A stretch of 64,000 bases of DNA from positions 119,536,001 to 119,600,000 of the forward strand of contig NC_042998.1 in NCBI RefSeq assembly GCF_006345805.1, written 5' to 3'. Position 1 is the stretch's first letter. Each line of letters opens with the position of its first letter. A program made the position numbers and the translations under genes. The notes beneath the pieces were generated by a model. The model was not told the DNA's origin and did no database searches. It saw only the letters and a program-made list of their open reading frames with translations. Below, piece by piece: positions 12,831 through 25,151 of this stretch. The DNA is from Octopus sinensis. Lineage: Eukaryota.

Positions 12831-13488
12831 CACACGCACACGCACACACACGCGAACGCACACATACTAGAGAGAGAAATAAATAGTAGAGAAAGTATAA
12901 GAAATTAGAAGGGAAGCGCATGAAGGTAGACCGGAGGAGGAGGGGACGATGGAGAGGGTGGAGAAGAGGAGGAGGGGTAGAGAAGAGGAGGGGGAGAAGT
13001 AGTGGTGGTGGTAGAGGAGGAAGAGGAGGAAGAGGAGGGGCGTAGAAAACTTGATAAAACTACAAGAAAACGAATAGTGAGAGGTGGGGGAGGTAACGGA
13101 TTATGATTGCTATTGTTTTTTGTCTTTATAGTTACATTTGTGTGAGTATATATGTTTGTATATGCGTATATGTGTGTCAGTGTATGTGTCTTTGTGTGTG
13201 TGTCTATACGTGGGTATAGACACACTCCCCCCCTTCCTTACTACACTAAATGAACAACCTTTTGCATCCCCTTCACATATTATTTCTCCCAACTGCGCCT
13301 GCTCAGTAAACAACCTGTTGTGCTCAGTACAAAATAAAACTCTACAGACAGAACACCACCAGAAACACAACCACCGCAACAGAATACAATACTGACATTT
13401 ATCTCACACTGTCTGGCCATCACGTCATCCATATTTATTTCAACTCAGCAAGAATTATTTCGTCAACCGATACCAAATAGAACCAGCC

Positions 13489-13570
13489 ATGTCGATCGAT
13501 CTTTTCGGGGGTAAATGGAAGCAAGACAATGTATTGCCTGATAATTTTGTAGAGTTTATGAACGCTGCAG
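13489..13570 (+). CDS. Intracellular lipid-binding protein (FABP/CRBP/CRABP family), exon 1
   Basis: ccagccATG context; MSIDLFGGKWKQDNVLPDNFVEFMNAA(G) has the GxW and NF..FM.A.G family signature; phase-1 donor cag|gtaaaa. Confidence 0.92.
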
Positions 13571-13913
13571 GTAAAAAAGAACCTTTTGGTCCCTTGTTAT
13601 TACTAATTTTGTTAGTTTTTTTTTCTGTTTCAAACTCTTCTTCTTCTACCTCCTGATTTTCGTTGATAGTGTTTGTGGACACTAAGGCTCTTAGACTTAT
13701 TCATACTAATAATATCAATCCTTCCTATTATAGACATAAGATCTAAAACTTTGTGGTGGAGGGGACTAGTCGATTACATCGATCCTAGTACCTCACTGGT
13801 ACTTTATTTTATCGAACCCGAAAGGATGAGGTATAAATTTGGCCTTGACTGGACTTGAACTCAGAACGTAAAGAAAAATAATAATAATGATGATAATAAT
13901 AATAATAATAATA

Positions 13914-13958
<45 letters not shown>

Positions 13959-13959
13959 G

Positions 13960-14300
13960 GGCCTAAGATACAAGGGGTAACACAAGACCAAATTACAAAC
14001 ACAAAAATAAGGTTAATGTCAGATCAAAAGAAATTAAGAAAAACAAGATGTAACTATTAAAAATTTCTATGAAAAAATTCCACATTAAGGAGACAGACAA
14101 GCAAAGGTAATTCGGTGAAAGCCCCACACGAAGGCCCACGTTTGCTCTGCCATATCCGGGGCATCAAAAGTACCATCTCCCAGTTTCTTTCCTCCTATTT
14201 TGTAAAGCATACTCAGGGTAGGCCCATTCGTCCTTGCTATCTACTCACTATCTACTCACTACATCTGTTTTTCATTAAACACACAAGAAGATAGCATTTC
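13960..14300 (-). mobile_element. L1/Tx1-like LINE 3' remnant
   Basis: Resembles 17500-17700 (HFKKLRVERN..RMGLP) with an A-rich tail on the minus strand. Confidence 0.45.
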
Positions 14301-16399
14301 TCTACCCTCAGTTTCTTAAAGTGGTTCTTGAAAAAGTTGATGAGAGCTAGACTAGTGAATAAAATGCTTGTTTTCAAACTTTTCCACCAGTCCACTGCAC
14401 AACTTTGGCCAAAATCCACCAGCTAGAGGAAGATAAGTGACCTTTCCTTGTTAAGAAATGTGGAACATATGTTTTCACTTCAGCCTTGGACATTAGCTTG
14501 ATTCGTTCTGCAATGCAACAGCAGCTGTTCGACACAAACCTGCAAGTAGGTAATCCACTAACACTGACGGCGTGCAAGAAGGTATTGTCGCCTTTGCGCA
14601 CATTTCGAAGAGGTTTGGCTATTGACACTTCCGTGCCAGTAGAGCTTGTCTCAAGCACGTTATTTCTCCTGAAGCACTTGCATGCCTAAAACCATTGAAA
14701 GTTATATATAGTCTCAGATTTGTAAGTTCTTTGAAATAGACTGTTCAGATTGTTTTAGTTAACGCCTAAAGTTCTTCGTAGGCCATTGCCATTCACACCC
14801 TCTACAAACCTGTAGAATACAAAAAGTGTTTTCCCGCTGATCACCAGCTTGTAGAACGCTATGGATACATAACAACATTCTAGATATCAAACACTAAACC
14901 TCGGTTCACGTTTGACACCAAGATTGCAGCTCAAAGATTCCCATGTCATTTCACTTTTGTTTTCGTCATCGTTGCTGTTGCAGTAGTCAGTATATTTCAG
15001 CAGCTCAACAGCCTCGGTGAGTGTCTGCATACCATCAGCGACGGAATCTCGAGACCACTGTGTCGTGGGTGTTGGTAACAGTTGAATTTGTTAACCAGCA
15101 GAACCTGTTCCTTCCATAAGAAGCGAAAAGATAAGCAATGTTACACAACCTAGGTAATGCCGACATTAGCGACATTCGTTTGATTTTTCAAGAACAATTT
15201 CCTCTTGACACTTGTTTAAATGTAATTTGACCACTGAACACATGCCGCTGTACAGTGTAGCGAAACTGACTACTATAGGGCAGCTGCCAAATAACGACAG
15301 TCGATCATGTTGAGCATTTTGAACTAATATAAATTGACCTGTAAAACTCCAAAATCAAATCTATTCTCGACCTGCTCTCGGTGTAGTGAATGAAGTGGAG
15401 ATTGTTGTGGATCGATCTGCCGGTGATGACAGATCTATCCACGACAGACGTCCCGACAACACTACCGACGACAATCTTGAGTTGGCTGCTTTTTGCTACA
15501 TGTATAGTACCTTGACTTTCTCCCTACAACTATCACCTGCATTTTTTCATTGTTGTCAAAAGACAAAATGGTTAGGATGCCTGTCAGGTTTTCAGGTGCG
15601 GCTAACATCTGCAACTCCAGCAATATTCCTGTTTTGTTTAGTTGAGGAGTTTATCCCACTGTTCCTCTACCATTACTATCACGCTTTCCTGGTCTCGGTG
15701 GTGTTGAATATTACTAACTTTTACGTCTGTCGCTATTTTGCCGTTGTTTAGAGGAAACGTAATAAATTCTTGGGATATGAAAACACTTGTAACCACTGTT
15801 TTGGCCTCTATCTTACTGCTTCAGATTGCAAAAACTGCCCCATGTCTTCCTCTTTCCAACTATGTTATTGTACAGTACACCTCTTACAAATTTTCTTTTG
15901 CAATCTGCGCAACTCTGAAGCATTGCAGTTTCTCTTCCATTAATGCACTTGTACATGGTCGTTCTCTTGTTTGTTTTGTTCACTTCTTCAGCTGTAAATC
16001 TCATAACGTCAGATCAAGTTATATCACCTTTGAATTCTGTCCACTGGGTTGTGACTGACGCAAACGGATTTTTTATTTTTGCTTTAGGCATCAACCCCTG
16101 TTGTTGTTGGTGTTGTTGTTGTTGTTGTCGTCGTCGTCGTCGTTGTTGTTGTTTTAGTTGTTGTTCATTTAGTTCTCTTCGTCATTATAGTTGTTAATCC
16201 TTTTGTCAGTAACTCAGAAAGTTACGCAGCAGTAACTAAAAAAAAACCAGTCGCCTTTATTCCACTGCCTTTCACCTTCTTTCTTCCTTATACACTCCCT
16301 TCAACTCCCCTTTTGATACATTTCTCACTGGAGAATATCATTATGCCTAATCAGTTTAACAGGGTTATGAACCTAACGTCCCATGACGTCGTCTGTCGG

Positions 16400-16700
16400 C
16401 ATCGACTTGCGTCCCCAGGTGCCAGAATAGCCCATCCATGCCGGATTTGCCTGGATTAATTTTTACCCCAGTTAACGCTTCCTATTCATTAAAAAAAATT
16501 TCATCACTTCGGCACCATTACGGTGGCATTGTCTGCATATGCTGACACGGCTCCCCTTCACGCCAGTTCCAACGAGGTGTCCCTCAAATCGTTAATTTTC
16601 TGTAGTGTGTCTTCAGAGTCAATAAATACATGATGGATGGAAGAGGACACACTTGACACAAATACGTGATTCGAAAAGGCTCCAGTAGTAAGTCATTTAT
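16400..16700 (-). mobile_element. L1/Tx1-like RT fragment
   Basis: Minus strand has degenerate RQVCPL..L.L..LLQK and AYADN motifs. Confidence 0.5.
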
Positions 16701-16819
16701 TCTGAATACTCAACATATGCACACTGAACTCAGAATGTAATGAATCAGAAAAAATACTGCTAGGCATTTTACCGGACGCATTAACGATTCTGCAACCGCT
16801 TTAATAATAATAATAATAA

Positions 16820-17212
16820 TTTTGGCACAAGGCCAGTAATTTCATGACGTGTGGTAAGCCGATTAGATCGACCCCAGTGCTCAACTGATACCTATTTTAT
16901 AGACCCTGAAACGATAAAAAGCAAAGTCGATCTCGGCGGTATTTGAACTCAGAACATAAAGACGGACGAAATGACGCTTAGCATTTTGCCTGGTGCGCTA
17001 ACGATTCTGCCATCTCGCCGCCGTACTAATAATGATAATAATCCTTTCTATTGGAGGCACAAGGCCTCAAATTTGAAATTTGTGGGGAGGAGTCTAGTCG
17101 GTTACATCCTACATCGACCCCAGTGTTCCACTGCTACTTAATTTATCGACCCCGAAATACCGCTAAGCATTTTGGCCGGCGTGCTAACGATTCTGCCAGC
17201 TCACCGCCTTAA
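16820..17212. repeat. Tandem SINE-like copies with (TAA)n flanks
   Basis: Repeated 'atcgacccc..tatttgaactcagaac..cgctaagcatt..gctaacgattctgcca..cgcc' also at 36950-37150, 39905-40080 and 63680-63840. Confidence 0.75.
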
Positions 17213-17213
17213 C

Positions 17214-17268
<55 letters not shown>

Positions 17269-17499
17269 GATGATGATGATGATGATGTTTTCTTTATCAA
17301 CCACGGGTTTACATTAAGAAAAACATTTTGGACAATACAGGACAAAATAAAGAATGTGTGTGATTGCGTGTTGTGAAAGTTTTGCGTGTAAACAAGTCTA
17401 ACAAATTTTTTTTTCAAGTAGGGGAAGAAAGAAATGAATTATGTGTAATCCTCAATAGGGAGGAGACGGTCGAGGGATGCTCATGGAAAAACCCCATAA

Positions 17500-18302
17500 A
17501 AAACCCATGGGCACCCTGACTTTGGGGGCAGTTGTCTTTTTTGTTTTCCTTTTTTTCAAACTACAGGTGTATGCTCAAGGTAGGCCCTTTCGCTCGCACC
17601 ATTCTCGTCACTTTTATCCATCTTTCAGAAAACTAGCTAGAAGATAACACTTCCCTCTCTATCTTTACTTTCCTTTTCAAGTGAAACTTGAAGGAGTTCA
17701 CCAGAGATTGGCCAAAGAGAAAAGCGTTTATCTTCAGCACCTTCAATCTCGTCCACCATACTACCTCTTTCGCCATGATCACCGGGCATATAAAAACAGC
17801 CTTTCCTTCCCGATTGAAGGAAGGCGGCAGGGCGATATTCACGATGGATCCAGTAGACAGCCGGATCCGTCCCGCACGCGACAGCAGGTGTTCGACATAA
17901 ACATACAGGTCAGCAATTCTCAGGCACTGGACGAGTGGATGCAGGATCGTCTCGTCGTACTGCGTACATCTCGGACATGCTCGGCTGACGGCACTTCCGT
18001 GCCTGTAAAGTTTATCTCGAATAGGCAAATCTCCCGGTAGCACTGCCGGGCCAGAGATTTTGGGACATTATCCATCGGTCCCGGCCCGAAAGTTTTCCGG
18101 AAAAGAGCGACTAGCTGATCTTCTTCGACGCCCAAAATCTCCTCAAGACGTCGTCGCACTTTTCCTCCACTAATCTTCTATAGAAAAGCTAAAGTAGACG
18201 TTCCACCTATCACACTGTCTGATTGGTTGAGGGCCGTGAGCGCTTGATGACATTCCACTTTCCAAATGCTTCTACTCGGTCTCTGTTTTACCTAGGACTG
18301 CA
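17500..18302 (-). mobile_element. L1/Tx1-clade LINE 3' fragment with zf-RVT zinc finger
   Basis: LPIRDKLYRHG..ACPRCTQYDETILHPLVQC..AKEVVWWTR is the zf-RVT C-terminus. Confidence 0.8.
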
Positions 18303-19510
18303 GTAATGATAATAATGGCTAATTGGGTAAAAGCCAAGAGAGACAAAAATCAGGTAGATTCCCTCTGTAGGTAATGTAAATCAGAAGAGGAAAGTGTTAC
18401 TCATATAGTTAGTGAATGTAGTATGCTGGCAGAAAAGGAATATAAGAAAAGACATGACAATTAGGGACAGCCAGGATAGTTAGGAAGATTCTTGCCATCT
18501 AAAGTTACTTATAGCCCGGGGTTAGGAATTTTTCTTTTACAACAGTCTAATCTGTTGTGCGTATATGAAAAAATAATAATAATCTCTCATTAGCCACAAG
18601 AGGCCTTAAATACATAGAAATAATTCATTATAGAAAAATATACAGTTATATAAAAAAAAATAAGCATGGAAATAAGGAAAGATGTAACGATTTACCTGCC
18701 ATTACCTCCGCCCACTCCCCTAAACGTTTTCTAGATCTAATAATGTTCTGCTTTTTTACTCGTAAAATTTACAATTGCTCAATCTATTCTCTGATACTTG
18801 TAATTTCTTCTTCCTCCTCCATTACCTCTTCTTCCTCTTCTCTTTCACCAGTCCCAATTTATTTATCTTTACACACCAGCTAAAATTTCTTCTCTCGCCA
18901 ACAAACAGTTCTGCCAGAAAAGTTAAATTTTTCTTCATGCAAGACAACATAAACCTTATTCCAATTATTTGAAATATATTTCTACGACGCAAAGAATTAC
19001 CAGTTTCCTCGGATTCTACTATTTTTAATTAAGTTGTGTAGACCCAGGATATCCCTGATCGAGCAGACATAGTACGAAGGAAGTCCACCAAATGATTAGG
19101 TGAGATCCACAGATCCACAGATCCATAGCTCCGGCCGTGTCAAAGTCTATTTTTTCATTTAATTTCACACTTTTCTAATAAACATTGATCTTTTTCTGAC
19201 TTAATCAGAAGAGGAAGAGCAATATCCATGACTGGTGACAGAAAAAGGAGGGTTAATCCTTAGACAAGAAACCTAGCTCAAATGCTCTCAAGAGAGTGAA
19301 CTCCACTAAAGGTACCTAAAAATCAAGTAGTGGTGTTAAACTGGACGAGGGACGAGGTTTATCACAAGAAGAAACAGGAACTGACTACTGTCACTAGTCT
19401 CGGATGACCTGCAAAGTTCACAAGGAGCACCCCTCCTTCTCCTCAGACTACACTTACTTTTTTTAAAAAAGCATAAAGTCATTATTTATAACGTTTCTTT
19501 TTCTCTGCAG

Positions 19511-19689
19511 GTATTAACAAGAACGTGCAGGACCAAGTTTCCCAAATTCGCTACATCAATGAATTTGAGGCTGATGGAGACAATTGGGTGTATAAGATCT
19601 CTGTTCAAGGAATGCCAGAAACGAAAAATTACCCCTTCAAATTCGATGAACCTTATTCATCCACTGATTTATTTGGTTCGCCTTTCAAA
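19511..19689 (+). CDS. Intracellular lipid-binding protein, exon 2
   Basis: Polypyrimidine tract then ctgcag|GT; (G)INKNVQDQVSQIRYINEFEADGDNWVYKISVQGMPETKNYPFKFDEPYSSTDLFGSPFK; DGD.W and F..DE motifs; donor AAA|gtaaga. Confidence 0.92.
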
Positions 19690-20658
19690 GTAAGAACATA
19701 TTTAATTCTTAAAACTTTTTGTCAAAAGCTACACTTAACTTTCCTTATTGTAAGCTTTACTGTTTCCCCGTTAGTTATAGCATATTAGGACAAGTACAAG
19801 AGCCAATGCCGAGCATGTTTTGGTCTTATTGGTATCTCTCCATTGAAGTATAGACGTCTCTGTAGCTGCCATAGAGAAGCTCTAAGTAAATGCACAATAA
19901 AGCACACTGGTTGACAAATAGAGTTATTCAGAGCAAAAAATTACTCGGAAACGTTCTTAAAGAAGTTTGACGTCTTATAACATTAAGAATAATGAAGGAT
20001 TAAAAGATTAGGAGAGAGAAAATTCGAAATGGAAGAAATATTATACAAAAAGAAATGACAGAAACCAGAAAAAAAAAAAGATGAACTTACTGAATATGTT
20101 GATAAAGATTTTAAACTCCTATTAGACTGCTTTGGTTTTAAATTACAATTGGAATGATAATAAAGTACTAAGAGAAGTACTATTATTTATTACCTGGTCG
20201 TGTTCAATAAACAGAAACGAACAAACACTATGGTATTAGATAGCTTCAAATTCATCAATGCTTCTATTTTCAAGAAAAAAAACACCTCTTTTCATCCTAT
20301 TTACTTTTTGAGTAGATGCTGAATCTCTTATGATTAGAATGAGTAGAATATTTTGTTATCAAAGAGCAGAAACATGACTGATGATGCATCAAAGTCCAAT
20401 ATCATTTCGTTATATAAATCCACGCCATCTTTAGTTGTTTCCATAAAAATGTATCATGATGGAAGGTCATTCGTCCACGTAAATATCTAAAACGAAGTAC
20501 ATATATGATGGGATAGTATAATAGGATTAGGGTAATAGACGGTTGCACAAAATTAGCTTCTGGTTGATTAAAATAATTTGGAGTGTTCTGAGGAGATGCA
20601 AAACATGGGAAGGGTACGCTGAGCTACAAAAAGTTGAGGCCCACTGTTTTAGTTATGA

Positions 20659-21042
20659 CTAGCAGTATCGCCCGGCGTTGCTCAGGTTTGTAAGGGAAAT
20701 AACTATAAAGCATTTTTAGAGAGTTATAGCCAAAAAATAGCAAAAAAATGGAAAAAAATGATGGTAAATTTTTTTTTGAGAGTAAAAAAAGGTTGAGTTG
20801 CGTCCCCTAGACAGTCTGTGGTTTGTTTTTTTTTATTCTCGACCCTATGTCGAATTATCGATTTTTTCAGAACTGGGGGAACTTTTCAAAATTTTCGCTG
20901 CGTTAGTTTTGAATTATGACATTGGGCTATGTGTGTGTCAAGTTTCATCAGAATCGGTTGAAAGCCGTGGTCAGGGTGAGGGTACGAGAAAACAGACACA
21001 CAGAAACACGCACAGACAAACTGCCGTTTATATAGAGAGAGA
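20659..21042 (-). mobile_element. Non-autonomous Helitron in intron 2 of the lipid-binding gene
   Basis: Same CTAG/hairpin 3' end and TC 5' end as 5603-6000. Confidence 0.8.
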
Positions 21043-21198
21043 TATATCTATCAGTGTTCATTTTCAGTGCGTGGTTTTGCAAAACATAATCTACCTATGA
21101 GTTTATTATCAGTGTGTGGTATTGTTATGTATAATCTCTGTGTCCGTTAGCAGAGTGTGGCATCGTCTGATAGAATTTTCGTATCTGTTTCTCTTTAG

Positions 21199-21309
21199 TG
21201 TGTGGTGACGAAACTTGCTGACAACAAAATACAGGAGACTATTACCGAATCGATTGGCAACAAAATGGTCGTAGTCAAAACGGTCGAGAATGATAGTACC
21301 ATGAGTACC
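21199..21309 (+). CDS. Intracellular lipid-binding protein, exon 3
   Basis: tttctctttag|TGT; CVVTKLADNKIQETITESIGNKMVVVKTVENDSTMST; donor ACC|gtaagt; 111 nt, phase 0-0. Confidence 0.9.
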
Positions 21310-22296
21310 GTAAGTAATATGACTGTGATATTTTATCATTGATTGGGTTATTGATTTAGAGTCAGTTAATTACTTCATTTATGAATTAGTTAATTAATTA
21401 GATTTAATTAGTTTTAATTAACTGCTTTGTCAGTCGATTTGTTAACAAGCAAGAGATAATGATTTACCAAGTTAGAAAATTAGCTGTTAGTTAATTAATT
21501 AAGTCGTTTGTTAATTAATAAGTTAATTAACTGCGTAGCTTGTTAGCTTTTTTTTAGCTAACTCGGCAACTAGAAAACTTGTTAATTACGTACTAACTTG
21601 GTTTATTATTCAAATAATTAGTCGATTTATAAGTTAGCTAATTAGTTAGAAACTAATAAGAGAAATAACTAATTAGCTCCTCAAAAAGTTGGCTACTTAA
21701 TGAGTTAGATAAGTAGTTATACATGTGTAATTACAGACAGAAATTAACTATTAACGTAAGTTACCAACTAAGTTAATGATTTAGTTAGCAGGTTAGTGTT
21801 GTAGTGGTAGAAACACGGTCAGAGCGCTGTTTTGTATCACTCAAACGTTATCTGCTTAACAAGGGTAGTAAACCCAAACACATTAACTAAGTGCGTAGTT
21901 ATGAAGTGAACAGCTTCTTGCACGTTGGGGAGAACTACTAACCAATTCTTGAAAACAATTAATTCTTGAAAATGTACCATGTAACGACAGAATTGCAGGG
22001 AGAATCTACTTCAACGAGGAACCGGTGAATAAGTATTCTACACATCGACAAAATGTTAAACATGGGCATATTGCCTGGAAACTGAGAACGACATCAATAT
22101 TAACAGGATGTGTATTCTCTGTTAATCACAAAAAAGTTACATGCCACATTTTGAAGCCTCATATTTTGTAATCTAAGAGAAAAACTTTCCAACAAAACAC
22201 TTTGAACAAAAAAAGATCAGTGAAGCCATTAACCAGTCAAATGTGAACAAAAATATCAATTATATTTCATGCAAAGGATAGACAATGTGTATATAG

Positions 22297-22525
22297 GCGC
22301 AAGCGTGGCTGCGTGTAGTAAGAAGTTTGCTTCCCAACCACATGGTTCTGTCTCACTGTGGGGCATCTTGAGCAAGTGTCTTCTACTATAGCCTCAGGCC
22401 GACCAAAGCCTTGTGAGTGTATTTGGTAGACGGAAACTGAAAAAAGTCCGTCGTGTGTGTCTTTGTGTCCATGTCTTTGTGTCCATATTTGTCCCCCACA
22501 ACCGCTTGACAGTTGACATTGCCGT
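22297..22525 (+). repeat. tRNA-derived SINE
   Basis: Head ggcgcaagcgtggctgcgtgtagtaagaagtttgcttcccaaccacatgg; related copies at 27750, 60190, 60870 and 61760 (minus). Confidence 0.75.
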
Positions 22526-22599
22526 AGCGGGAGATTATTCTCTCTCCAAAGCACTGCCGTAGCAACTGCATTGTTTGTCTTGCGGTATAAGCAGTTGCC

Positions 22600-22912
22600 C
22601 CATTTTGCTGGAATCATGTGTGAGGTCTACTTTGAATTGTCTTCACGTTCCCCAGACTTGACTAGCCCGGATTTTTTTCTTCTGGGGATACCAGAAAGAG
22701 AGGGTTTATATCAACAAACCGGAGACCCTGATGCAACTGAAGAACATCAATTGAAATATTAGAGAGATGGGATCTGAAACTCTTAAGGGTATTATGGTGC
22801 AAGTTTTCCATTATATCCTCTATATTGCATCAAAATGTCATGCATTTATTTGTAAAGTTAAGAAAGTTATTAAAAATTAAAACCCATAAGTGACTTTTGG
22901 GACACCCTGTAT
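22600..22912 (+). mobile_element. Tc1/mariner 3' remnant
   Basis: SRSPDLTSPDFFLLG motif; ends with TIR-like gacttttgggacaccctg followed by ta. Confidence 0.7.
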
Positions 22913-23656
22913 AATACCGTCTATAGAAAGAATTTGGGTTAAATATCAAAATAAGTATACCTCACATTGAGCACAGCCAAACTTAACTGTGCCAGGGATA
23001 TAACAAAATACCGGGTGAGCCAAAAGTCATGCATCGAGATTAAAACTCAATATATATTACATATTTCGAAAACAATTATTATTGTCGGTTCACAATATTA
23101 ATTGCCATAATTCTGCATTGTATTTAACTGAGAATAGATACTCAAATCATTAACTGAGCTAAGAAAGAAAATGTCATCTTCCCTTTGTAGCTCCTTAATA
23201 AACAAAGGCCATATGCATTGTTGTATAGACTTTCCCTGGGCGTGTGGTTCTCCTCGTGAGCCTAGAGTAGCTGGGTTGACCTACTTAAAACTTGGTGAAG
23301 AAATACTTATCATACCAGCAGTAAGTTATGCATAGTATCATATACCGAAAGATGGGGAATATCGAAAACACTGACAGGATTTGTAGCCTCTCCTGGACAT
23401 ACAACGTATACATCCTCACTTGGAAGGCCATGCCCCTGTTATTTAGGAGCGGGAAATAGCTATTAAGTATCTGATCAGCAAGAGACAATCGTCGGGGAAG
23501 AGCAGTCGACTATATAATAAGTTGTACTGGATGGCATATTACCAGTAGCACTCAAAACCACCTTAATGCGTACATGCATTCATTGGCATACATACATACA
23601 TACATACATACATACATACATACATACATACATACATACATACATACATACATACA

Positions 23657-23689
<33 letters not shown>

Positions 23690-23727
23690 GCAAACATATA
23701 TGTATACACTCATGTATACATATATAT

Positions 23728-24931
23728 ATCAGGCCATCCCATAAGTTTTGTCCGAATTTTGAATAAAGAAAATAAGTGATCAAATGTTATATTTAATTGA
23801 AATATAACCATCAGTGTGCTTTCCCTGATTATCTATAACTTCCTTCCATCTATTTACAAGCTTTTTAACCCCATCAATGTAAAACTCTTTTGGTTTCAAA
23901 GCAAAGAACTCTGAAATGTTAGTTTTGACCTCCTCCTGGCTTGCAAAAGTTATATCCCCCAAATGATTGTGTAAACTACGAAACATATGGTAGTCTGAAG
24001 GAGCAAGGTCAGGGGAATAAGGTGGAAGAAGAATTTTTTCCCAACCAAGCTCTTCGATCTTCTGTGATGTGATCTTTGCAGTGTGGGGTCGCGCATTGTC
24101 CTGATGAAACATCACTCCTTTTCGATTCACTAAAGCGGGTCTTTTTTCCTTCAAAGCTTGGTTCAAACGCTCTCCCACCAGATAAAGAGAAGAACCTTTT
24201 TCCAAAGAAGTTCCCTTCTCGGTTGTGGTTGCGCTTTTTTTCTTTTTTACCAAGCCACTGTTTACGATGTTTAACATTTCGATAGAAGATCCATTTTTCG
24301 TCACCAGTCACAAGTCTATCCAAAAAGGGTGAAATGAGTTCACGAGAATGGAGAAAAGAGCAGATGTCAACTCGGGATTTGCGGTTGCTTTCGGACAATT
24401 CAAGAGGCACCCATTTTCCAAGTTTAGGAACCTTTCCAAGTTGTTGAAGAAGATGATGAAAAGTTGTATGGTTTGAACTAGGCTTTATTGCCAATTCTTC
24501 AGCTGATAGTGCAGGATTTTATTCCAGTAATACCTCAAGGAGCTTATCATCAAACTAAACTGGACGTCCTGTTCGATCTTCAAGGCTGAAATCTCCACTT
24601 CTGAATTTTGCAAACCATCTTCTGCAAGTTCTTTCATTCAAGTATTCTTTCCCATAAACTGAGTATATGTTTCGAGTCGCTTCGGCTGCAGAGTTTCCAT
24701 TTTTGTACTCATAAAGCATTATGTGCCTCAAATGCTCTTTGGATACTAATATGTGAGAAAGGGTTTTAATCAAAGAACTTTTAATTCTATTATTCTGCAA
24801 AATAATATTTAATTAGTACACAAATGCATAAAAAAATAATTTTAATTCCATTAGACATCCTAAAATACTATTAAATTTCATTCAATTTTAAAAAAGGTAA
24901 AATCGGGCAGAACTTATGGGATGACCTGATA
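23728..24931 (-). mobile_element. Full-length mariner (DD34D) transposon with frameshifted transposase, in intron 3
   Basis: TIRs atcaggccatcccataagttttgtccga and tcgggcagaacttatgggatgacctgat in TA context; HLRHIMLYEY..RWFAKFRSG, WVPLEL, LVTGDEKW, HQDNARPH, then 34 aa to the D of YSPDLAPSD. Confidence 0.95.
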
Positions 24932-25093
24932 TATAAATCCCTATATACAGCTATACACGTACATGGACGCGCCTGCAATCATACATACCCACACACCCAC
25001 ACACACATACATTATATACGTATACATTCATACATACATATGACTATAAAACGTTTTCATAAATTTTTTCCTTAATTATCTTTTCTGTTTCAG

Positions 25094-25144
25094 GTAACAA
25101 CAGCTGGAGATGTGTCATGTAGAATAAAGTTTACAAAAATGTGA
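25094..25144 (+). CDS. Intracellular lipid-binding protein, exon 4 (stop)
   Basis: ttttctgtttcag|GTA; VTTAGDVSCRIKFTKM* resembles CRBP-II LTCGDQVCRQVFKKK; total CDS 423 nt = 140 aa. Confidence 0.88.
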   Translation, partial: VTTAGDVSCRIKFTKM

Positions 25145-25151
25145 AAATTCT

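Noticed and set aside
14370-16060. Possible Gypsy gag/protease relic on the minus strand (KCFH, RDSVA-like words)
   Set aside because: Too degenerate to assign by eye; needs a profile search
20378-20400. CTGATGA box
   Set aside because: No GAAA box or closing helices; the same applies to CTGATGA near 27085 and 24102 and CTGAAGA at 35791
22297-22360. tRNA-like sequence
   Set aside because: It is a SINE head with no complete cloverleaf; no true tRNA or rRNA gene was seen in the window
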